Part shown: piece by piece, positions 12,139 to 22,153 of the stretch
How the letters are laid out: the number at the start of each line of letters is the position of its first letter
Position numbering within the stretch: position 1 is the first letter of the stretch
Assembly (NCBI GenBank): GCA_964019425.1
Contig: OZ025789.1
Location: 372,001 to 436,000, forward strand
DNA from: Flectonema sp. DT1601
Taxonomy: Eukaryota
Direction of reading: 5' to 3'
Length of the DNA: 64,000 nt
Program-made: the position numbers and the translations under genes
Notes under the pieces: model-generated
What the model was told of the DNA's origin: nothing
Seen by the model: the letters and a program-made list of their open reading frames with translations, nothing else
The model's database searches: none

Positions 12139-13883
12139 TTACAAGGGGGTGGAGTCACCGTGAACGTCATCAGCAGAACATCTCCTTCGATTATAACGAT
12201 ATCTTGATGGAGGGGTCCGTTTTTTCAGAGTTGAACGCTCAGACTTTCTCGGCGGAGTTTCAATTTCCTCATGTTCTTCTGTGTCTGGCGGACTCAAACC
12301 TTCTGCCCATGAAGCTAATTGGAACTTCAGGGCCGCAATTTGAGACCGTGCCAAGGCGAGTTGAACATTTAAATCGCTCGCCAGTCCCGTTAACATCATG
12401 GATTGCTCAAGCTGCTCTGCGTGAGTTGTACACCGTTGGTGATTCAGCTCCGAGAGGCGAAGTTGGGCATCCAAAAGTTGTTCTGAGAGCTCTGCCGCTT
12501 TCTCGTTTGTTTCGAGAGAGTCATCTACTGCTCGACAGTAGTTCTCGAGTAAGTCAATCCTACCCTCGGACCATTGTCTCGCAATAGGTGTATTCTCTTT
12601 AACGGAGATAACGTGACTCTCTTGTCGTAAAATCTTGGTCGGCGTGCGGTCGAGAGCTTCACTCTGCGGCATTGTCGGAGGAATTGAGGCTAGAGGACAA
12701 AGAGGGGTGATATAATTAAGGGTAGGGATAGGGGGTTTAATAAGAGGAGTAAAAAGACTACTCGTAGTTGTAAAGAGCGAGAGGTAGTTCTTTGCTATCT
12801 TCATCATAGCAACAGATTCATACAAAATAGGGGATCGGGGGGAAACTTGTTGACTAAAGTGGGTCATGTGGGGACGTGCGGCACGCAAACTCTCGACCTC
12901 CTGTTGAGTATAGAAAAGTCTTATTTTACTTTCTCTTTCCTCATTACATTTGGTCTCCAATTCGTTCGACAGAAGAACAAACCTTTGATGGTAATTGAAA
13001 AGCGCCATTTCCGATAGGTCTGCTTTCTGAGTCAGATTTGCGAGCTCACGTTTCCTGTAATCTTCCACTAAGTCATATTGACGAACTAGTGCAGAAAGAG
13101 AAGTCTTCGATTCATCGCGTTCTACTGTTAACCGTTGAATTACTCCTTCCAGAAGTTCATATTCTTTTCTATCTTTTTCAATAATTAAAACAGGGGGCGC
13201 AGGAGGAAGTGAGGATGGATCCTGGTTGGTAGCTTTGATCTCAACAGGTAATCCGTTTAGTAACTGCTTGTCTTTCTCGAGGGAGGCTGACATCGCATTA
13301 AAGTAAAATAAAAATAGAACATAAAAAATTCGTTCTTTCATTTGTTCTAATTCGTTTTCTAAAATCTGGCATTTCAAGGAAAGTTTCAGCCTTAATCTTC
13401 CTTTTTTTTCTTTGTACAAGGGGGTTTGAGAACCAATGTCAGATTGACATCTTAACACCATAGCAAAATCAGTAGGGAGTGTTTGCGATCCCGTTGACGT
13501 GAGTTCAGGTGGGGGAGTCTGGAAAGAGATGGAAGAAATAGAAGAGAATGACAAGGAGAGTCCAGTGAGCTCATCCTCATCTAACAAAACAGAAGGGGCC
13601 GGGGAGGAAGAACCATTGGCAATAAGTAGAATAGAAAGAGCCGATGCGTAACAAGTTTGCCAGATAAAACATTTCTCAAGCCACGATCTTTCAATGGTGA
13701 GCTTTTCGATCGTTTTCAGTTTTGTTACTTTGTGGATTTTGACTTCTTCTACAGGGAAGATTTCTTTACCATCTTTTATAAAACTTGCAGTGGCAGGTTC
13801 TTCTTTAATGCTGCGCATTAGTGGTCTTGAATGCCACGTGGGGAGGTTCCTCGTCTGGAACAGAACATATGAGCACTGTCTGG
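12139..13883 (-). CDS. 5'-truncated retrotransposon ORF: end of the RLE domain plus a complete ~560-aa C-terminal extension (hydrophobic segments, Ser-rich, coiled coil, basic tail)
   Basis: The 582-aa ORF is identical to the 1295-aa ORF from RQCSYVLFQTRNLPTW onward, then diverges after DKQLLNGL. Confidence 0.75.
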
Positions 13884-13899
13884 ACATGGAATGATCCAG

Positions 13900-16800
13900 T
13901 GAGTTGAATTTCCAGGTGAGATTTGGACTGTTAGCTTTTGGCTAAGGCCCTCCCTGAAGAGCAAGAACAAAAAAACTACTCACACCTGAAGAAAACATAC
14001 ACAAAGAACACACTGTAAGCTGTGTGTGTATTTTGTGTTTGTCACAACAGGAGAGAAAAGAAAGAATGTCAAGGTTGGTCACCTTGCCTATCAACGCACA
14101 ACATTGGTGGTCTCTACTAGACCCTGAGTGATCCCACTGGATCTCTCATCGTTCATAGTACCCTGTGTGAAGTTATAAAATCAAAGGTAAACTATGAACT
14201 ACAAATGACTTAGCCTGTTATTATAATGCCACAGGCAGGCCCTGCATTCAGCAACTATCCAGCAGTGCTTGGATGTCCTGATTTTCTTCTAAAAAAAAGA
14301 AAGAAAAACAAAACTGTAGCTGGGATCACTCAGGATCAACAGACTACCAATGCTACCTGTTGTACTTGCTCACTATGGGGGGTGATGCCAAACACCCAGA
14401 AGTACTAAACTGCTTTCCTTCTTGCTGCCCAGGAGTTTCTGACCAGAACTAATAGAAAATAAAAAGTAGATGGGAAACAATAAAAAGTAAAATGGATATA
14501 ACTGAAGTTAAACAAGACAAATGAAGTAACAGACCAGAACAGAAAGAGGATTGTAATAGAAGATTACAAATAAAAAAATGCAAGTATCAACACATAATCA
14601 AGATACACCAGCAGCTAACAAACAACATAAAATTGAAGATCAGTTGCCAGAGTATTTCAACCATGGTAGAATACTCGCCCCTCTGGCAGGGATTATCCCA
14701 GACTTGTCCTTTAATTTAGTTGGACACCATGGCTTACAACCCTTCCAGAGGGAAGCACCATTATGACTTCTATTTTTTTTCTTCAAGAAAATCATAAGGT
14801 GGGAACAAAGAAAAATGCTAAGAGGAACCCCCTATTAACACCTAAGACATCTAAACTGCAGCCCAGCTTATGCCCAATGCACTAACAGGTCATTCCCTCA
14901 CACTCAGATCAAAAAATCAAAGTTCAGAGTGCATCTTAGCGTGAATGAGAGAATTTCCTCCCGCTTATTTTGAACAAAAGGGATAGGAGAAGGGATAGAA
15001 AACGAACATAAAAATAAAATTCTAAGTGAGAAACACTTAGCAGAAACACTTAGCAGCTTTTAAGGAGCTGAAAAGCAAAAAAAAAATCTAAGTGAGAAAC
15101 ACTTAGTAGAAACAATTTGTAGCTAATTAAGCTGAAAATAAAAAAATAAAAAATTTCTAAGTGAGAAAAACTTAGCAACTTTTAGAACAAATATTTCAGT
15201 AAATAACCTGTAATGATTAAACCATTACAAGTTTGATGCCAAAACTGACAAGGACTGAGTTGAATTTCCAGGTGAGATTTGGACTGTTAGCTTTTGGCTA
15301 AGGCCCTCCCTGAAGAGCAAGAACAAAAAAACTACTCACACCTGAAGAAAACATACACAAAGAACACACTGTAAGCTGTGTGTGTATTTTGTGTTTGTCA
15401 CAACAGGAGAGAAAAGAAAGAATGTCAAGGTTGGTCACCTTGCCTATCAACGCACAACATTGGTGGTCTCTACTAGACCCTGAGTGATCCCACTGGATCT
15501 CTCATCGTTCATAGTACCCTGTGTGAAGTTATAAAATCAAAGGTAAACTATGAACTACAAATGACTTAGCCTGTTATTATAATGCCACAGGCAGGCCCTG
15601 CATTCAGCAACTATCCAGCAGTGCTTGGATGTCCTGATTTTCTTCTAAAAAAAAGAAAGAAAAACAAAACTGTAGCTGGGATCACTCAGGATCAACAGAC
15701 TACCAATGCTACCTGTTGTACTTGCTCACTATGGGGGGTGATGCCAAACACCCAGAAGTACTAAACTGCTTTCCTTCTTGCTGCCCAGGAGTTTCTGACC
15801 AGAACTAATAGAAAATAAAAAGTAGATGGGAAACAATAAAAAGTAAAATGGATATAACTGAAGTTAAACAAGACAAATGAAGTAACAGACCAGAACAGAA
15901 AGAGGATTGTAATAGAAGATTACAAATAAAAAAATGCAAGTATCAACACATAATCAAGATACACCAGCAGCTAACAAACAACATAAAATTGAAGATCAGT
16001 TGCCAGAGTATTTCAACCATGGTAGAATACTCGCCCCTCTGGCAGGGATTATCCCAGACTTGTCCTTTAATTTAGTTGGACACCATGGCTTACAACCCTT
16101 CCAGAGGGAAGCACCATTATGACTTCTATTTTTTTTCTTCAAGAAAATCATAAGGTGGGAACAAAGAAAAATGCTAAGAGGAACCCCCTATTAACACCTA
16201 AGACATCTAAACTGCAGCCCAGCTTATGCCCAATGCACTAACAGGTCATTCCCTCACACTCAGATCAAAAAATCAAAGTTCAGAGTGCATCTTAGCGTGA
16301 ATGAGAGAATTTCCTCCCGCTTATTTTGAACAAAAGGGATAGGAGAAGGGATAGAAAACGAACATAAAAATAAAATTCTAAGTGAGAAACACTTAGCAGA
16401 AACACTTAGCAGCTTTTAAGGAGCTGAAAAGCAAAAAAAAAATCTAAGTGAGAAACACTTAGTAGAAACAATTTGTAGCTAATTAAGCTGAAAATAAAAA
16501 AATAAAAAATTTCTAAGTGAGAAAAACTTAGCAACTTTTAGAACAAATATTTCAGTAAATAACCTGTAATGATTAAACCATTACAAGTTTGATGCCAAAA
16601 CTGACAAGGACTGAGTTGAATTTCCAGGTGAGATTTGGACTGTTAGCTTTTGGCTAAGGCCCTCCCTGAAGAGCAAGAACAAAAAAACTACTCACACCTG
16701 AAGAAAACATACACAAAGAACACACTGTAAGCTGTGTGTGTATTTTGTGTTTGTCACAACAGGAGAGAAAAGAAAGAATGTCAAGGTTGGTCACCTTGCC

Positions 16801-18439
16801 TATCAACGCACAACATTGGTGGTCTCTACTAGACCCTGAGTGATCCCACTGGATCTCTCATCGTTCATAGTACCCTGTGTGAAGTTATAAAATCAAAGGT
16901 AAACTATGAACTACAAATGACTTAGCCTGTTATTATAATGCCACAGGCAGGCCCTGCATTCAGCAACTATCCAGCAGTGCTTGGATGTCCTGATTTTCTT
17001 CTAAAAAAAAGAAAGAAAAACAAAACTGTAGCTGGGATCACTCAGGATCAACAGACTACCAATGCTACCTGTTGTACTTGCTCACTATGGGGGGTGATGC
17101 CAAACACCCAGAAGTACTAAACTGCTTTCCTTCTTGCTGCCCAGGAGTTTCTGACCAGAACTAATAGAAAATAAAAAGTAGATGGGAAACAATAAAAAGT
17201 AAAATGGATATAACTGAAGTTAAACAAGACAAATGAAGTAACAGACCAGAACAGAAAGAGGATTGTAATAGAAGATTACAAATAAAAAAATGCAAGTATC
17301 AACACATAATCAAGATACACCAGCAGCTAACAAACAACATAAAATTGAAGATCAGTTGCCAGAGTATTTCAACCATGGTAGAATACTCGCCCCTCTGGCA
17401 GGGATTATCCCAGACTTGTCCTTTAATTTAGTTGGACACCATGGCTTACAACCCTTCCAGAGGGAAGCACCATTATGACTTCTATTTTTTTTCTTCAAGA
17501 AAATCATAAGGTGGGAACAAAGAAAAATGCTAAGAGGAACCCCCTATTAACACCTAAGACATCTAAACTGCAGCCCAGCTTATGCCCAATGCACTAACAG
17601 GTCATTCCCTCACACTCAGATCAAAAAATCAAAGTTCAGAGTGCATCTTAGCGTGAATGAGAGAATTTCCTCCCGCTTATTTTGAACAAAAGGGATAGGA
17701 GAAGGGATAGAAAACGAACATAAAAATAAAATTCTAAGTGAGAAACACTTAGCAGAAACACTTAGCAGCTTTTAAGGAGCTGAAAAGCAAAAAAAAAATC
17801 TAAGTGAGAAACACTTAGTAGAAACAATTTGTAGCTAATTAAGCTGAAAATAAAAAAATAAAAAATTTCTAAGTGAGAAAAACTTAGCAACTTTTAGAAC
17901 AAATATTTCAGTAAATAACCTGTAATGATTAAACCATTACAAGTTTGATGCCAAAACTGACAAGGACTGAGTTGAATTTCCAGGTGAGATTTGGACTGTT
18001 AGCTTTTGGCTAAGGCCCTCCCTGAAGAGCAAGAACAAAAAAACTACTCACACCTGAAGAAAACATACACAAAGAACACACTGTAAGCTGTGTGTGTATT
18101 TTGTGTTTGTCACAACAGGAGAGAAAAGAAAGAATGTCAAGGTTGGTCACCTTGCCTATCAACGCACAACATTGGTGGTCTCTACTAGACCCTGAGTGAT
18201 CCCACTGGATCTCTCATCGTTCATAGTACCCTGTGTGAAGTTATAAAATCAAAGGTAAACTATGAACTACAAATGACTTAGCCTGTTATTATAATGCCAC
18301 AGGCAGGCCCTGCATTCAGCAACTATCCAGCAGTGCTTGGATGTCCTGATTTTCTTCTAAAAAAAAGAAAGAAAAACAAAACTGTAGCTGGGATCACTCA
18401 GGATCAACAGACTACCAATGCTACCTGTTGTACTTGCTC
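13900..18439. repeat. Tandem array of a 1356-bp unit (3.35 copies)
   Basis: tgagttgaatttccaggtgag occurs at 13900, 15256, 16612 and 17968. Identical small ORFs start at 14226, 15582 and 16938. Confidence 0.97.
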
Positions 18440-21400
18440 TTGTTCTTTATGGATAGTCTTCTGTTGATAGCTCAACTCGGAGCATCGACGTTGCTCTTCC
18501 ACTAGTTTTTCCGAGAGCAGCGCCACTTTCTCATTTGTCTGGAGAGAGTCACTTACCGCTTGACAGTAGTTGTCCAGTAAATCGAGTCTACCTTCGGACC
18601 ATTGCCTCGCAATAGGTGAATCTTCCGTCGATGAGGTCGCCGCACTGTCTTTTTCTTGTTCCGTTTGAGCAGAAGACGATACCAGTAGTCTACTTTGAGA
18701 CAGTTCAGAAGGGAACGTGATCAATGGAGAATGAGGTTTAAAAAAAAAGGAAAGACGGGGTTTGGGAGTCCAGGAGTAATAGGTTGTTGCGATGAGAGGG
18801 AGTCGATAATTCTTTACCGTGGACGTTGATTCGAATAAAAAAGGGGGTGTTGGGGAAAATTGTTGGGAAAAATGGGACAGTTGAGGGCCAGCACGCAATG
18901 TTGCGACCTCTTGTTGAGACAAATAGAGTTGAATTTTTGTTCCAGTTTCATCCCTACACTTAGATTCTAATTCATTGTTTAATAGAATGAACCTTTGTTG
19001 TAAGTTGAAATAAAACATTTCAGCGTGGTCCGCTCTTTGTGATTGTCGCGCCAGCTCGCTCGTCCTTTTTTCCTCCAGAGAGTTAGTTCTTTGAACTAAT
19101 GAGAGAAGAGAACTTTTCACTAAATCACATTCAGCGATCAGGTGTTGATTCTCTTTTTCCAATAGTTCACGTTTTTTCTGTTCCGTTTCTACGTTAAAGA
19201 CAGATGGGGGTGCGGATAGATTTAAAGGGAGTGGGCTGTGAGATACACTCTCGGCGGCCCGTTGTTTGGATGCTTTGTTCTCAATAGACAATCCATTCAG
19301 TAGCTGCTTGTCATTCTCAAGGGAGGCTGACATCGCATTAAAGTAAAATAAAAATAGAACATAAAACATTCGTTCTTTCATTTGTTCTAGTTCGTTTTCT
19401 AAAATCTGGCATTTCAAGGAAAGTTTCAGCCTTAATCTTCCTTCTTTTTTATTGTACAAGGGGGTTTGGGAACCCATGTCAGATTGACTTCTTATCACTA
19501 TAGCGAAATCAGCAGGAAGTGTTTGCGATCCCGTTGACATGAGTTCAGGTGGGGAATTCTGGAGAGAGATGGAAGAAATAGAAGAGAATGACAAGGAGAG
19601 TCCAGTGAGCTCATCCTCATCTAACAAAAAAGAAGGGGCCGGGGAGGAAGAAGAACCATTGGCAATGAGTAGAATAGAAAGAGCCGATGCGTAACAAGTT
19701 TGCCAGATAAAACATTTCTCAAGCCACGATCTTTCAATGGTGAGCTTTTCGATCGTTTTCAGTTTTGTTACTTTGTGGATTTTGACTTCTTCCACAGGGA
19801 AGATTTCTTTACCATCTTTTATAAAACTTGCGGTGGCAGGTTCTTCTTTAATGCTGCGCATTAGTGGTCTTGAATGCCACGTGGGGAGGTTCCTCGTCTG
19901 GAACAGAACATATGAGCACTGTCTGGCGATTCTGGTGCATTCACAAAATAAAGCTTTTGTTGGTGCTAAAGGTGAACCGATGTGACGTGTCCAGATGTTC
20001 AGCTGGTCCATGCAGATGTTTCCTCGTACGCCAACTTCAATAGTAAAAATGTTACAGTCGAAGCCATTAGCGATGATCGAGTCTCTTAGCTTTAGGTATT
20101 TCTTTTCCTTTAAGACATGGGAGGTTTCGAAACGATCTTCATTTGGACACGTCAGCTCCAGAATCAGTGCTCTTTTCGCAAAAAAAGAATAAATAAAAAT
20201 GTCTGGTCTTAGAGAGGACGAGACATGGCACACTTCAAGAGGAACAATTAGGCGGTTATCACCGACATCGTCGAGGATGACCCAATCATTCGCTAGTGAG
20301 AGTTCGCCTGTCTCTTTAGAAATTCTTTCTAGGGGTTTATTTTCCCCTGTTTTTAAAAAAGTTTGAGAGGGAGGCGGGAGGTTTTCTTTTCTTTTGTTGG
20401 CTTTTATTATCAACTCTTCCAAGAAGATAACAATGCGTTTTAGAACGCTGTCGTGACGCCACGTGAACCTCCCTTGTGTTAAAGAGACAGGACAGCCTGT
20501 TAAGACATGCCTGAGGGTAGGATTCACTTTGCCACACAAAACACAATTTTGGTCCACATTGGTGATGTTCCACCTCTTTAAATTATCTTGTGAGGGGAGG
20601 GTGTTTGTAACCGCTTTCAGTTGAAATGAGATATAGGCAGGATTTCCCTCCCTAAGTACCTTATTCCAGGTGAAGTCGTTTATCATACATTTAGACCACT
20701 CCTTCCACTGACCTTGGACTTGTAATTTATTCAAAGAGTTCAGTAGTTCATCTGTGGCTTCCACTTCAAAACGCTTAAGGAGATCGGGGCGAGTAGTACG
20801 TAGATCGCGCAATCGGTGACCAAGACCAGCTGATTGCTTCGCAAGAGAACGGTAAGAAAAAAACTTAATAAGGCGCTCCCACTCAGCAGAAGCTGAAAAC
20901 TTTTTCGACCAATTGGACGATTTCTCCATAATAACATTGTAGACACCGTGCATGTCAGAGTCCTGTGAGGATCTGAGGATGTCTAGTTTAATTGATTGCG
21001 CTTGTTTATATAGCGTCTCAACTCTTTTGTGTCTGAGACCAACAGTGTTCTTTGAACCGGTAAAAAGGATGACTGTGTTCGCAGAGCGGACAAATCCCCA
21101 CCATTTCTTCAAAAAAGGTTTAATAATTTTGTCCAATTTTTTGGCAAAAGGGAGAGATAAGTCATGGATCATCAAACTCCATGTTAACCTTGACAATAAC
21201 AAGTGTTGGACAGACCAAGCCTTCTGAGACCCATATAGTGGCATGGCGTCGACTTTTTTTAAAAAATTCCTGGTAAAAGTGGTCAGGCGCTCTCGCAGTT
21301 TCTGTTCTTTGGCGTTCGGCTCAAACCAACGCCCGAGGTATTTGAACTCTCCAGCTTCCTGGAGATTCGTAATCGGAACATTGTTAATCTTCAGGTCCGG

Positions 21401-22153
21401 GTTAGCTGGTTTCCCTTGTACAAAGCTGTGGGCAATGCATTTCTGGGGTTTCGCTTTCATACCACGAGACCAGGAAAGAAACTGTTCGAGCGACTTGATT
21501 AGCAATTTTGCCCCCGCCTTTGATGACGTGGTAAGTTGTAAATCATCAGCAAAAGCTGCAACTAATAGTTGGAGGGATTTATTGTTAAACTCGTAGGCTT
21601 CCTGTTGATGAACTGCTAAGGAAAAGAGCAGTAGTTGGAATACCAAATTAAAAAGGGTTGGGGAGGAAACGCAGCCTTGAAAGACACCAACTTCAAAAGG
21701 GATAGTGGGCGTCAGGCCTTCTCCAACTCTGATTTGGACGCGCATGGAGGAATAATACCTTTTATAGAAACCGATTATTCTTTCGTGAATTCCGAAATAT
21801 TTTAAAGCAAAGAAAATTAATTGATGTTTGACTGAGCCGAAAGCATCTGCCAAATCCACCCAGACAATTGTTAGGTTTTTCCGGAGAGCTTTCACTTCTT
21901 TAAAAATCTCTGAGGTGATCGTGGCATGTTCGATACATCCAGAGACACCTTTCCTAAAGCCTTTTTGAAAATTAAATTTAGAAAGAGTGTGGTTTGCGAC
22001 GGCTTCCTGAATAACCGTATTAAAAATTTTCCCGTCGCAGTTGCCCACAGCTATCGGTCTCGTTTTCGAGATGTCTTTCCCATCGGAGTTGGGCTTTGGG
22101 AGCATTGTTACAAATGCTAAGCCCCAACTATCCGGATAGGCCTTGAGTTCGAA
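18434..22153 (-). CDS. Reverse transcriptase - CCHC zinc knuckle - RLE endonuclease - C-terminal extension (HERO/NeSL-like), copy A, 5'-truncated
   Basis: RT motifs RPIAVGN, FQKGF, VWVDLADAFGSV, GVFQG, AFADDL, FKYLG. Zinc knuckle CVLC...HVLTGC...RHDSVL. RLE motifs RPD...LELTCP...KEKKY...IEVGVRG. Confidence 0.92.

Larger units (their letters stand above)
2339..13883 (-). mobile_element. RLE non-LTR retrotransposon copy B (5'-truncated): ORF tail, 3' UTR, ~8-kb satellite, hairpin 3' terminus
   Basis: 13260-13883 is near-identical to 19310-19926 of the RT-RLE ORF. The terminal block 2339-2740 recurs at ~27350-27784, ~33120-34368 and, in part, 39673-39900, always ending at the same TCGAA. Confidence 0.8.

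Noticed and set aside
1..13883. HeT-A/TART-like telomeric head-to-tail array
   Set aside because: No telomeric repeats are seen, and the apparent tandem is a nested insertion inside copy A.
955..17478. Small ORFs in the satellite, UTR and 1356-bp unit (e.g. 4282, 7305, 11654, 14226, 14578)
   Set aside because: Low-complexity F/K-rich or short translations of repeats with no domain features.
13900..18439. Spliced-leader RNA or 5S/snRNA gene array as the RLE target
   Set aside because: The unit size is compatible, but I could not recognise an SL exon, Sm site, 5S or U snRNA sequence. An Infernal/Rfam search would settle it.
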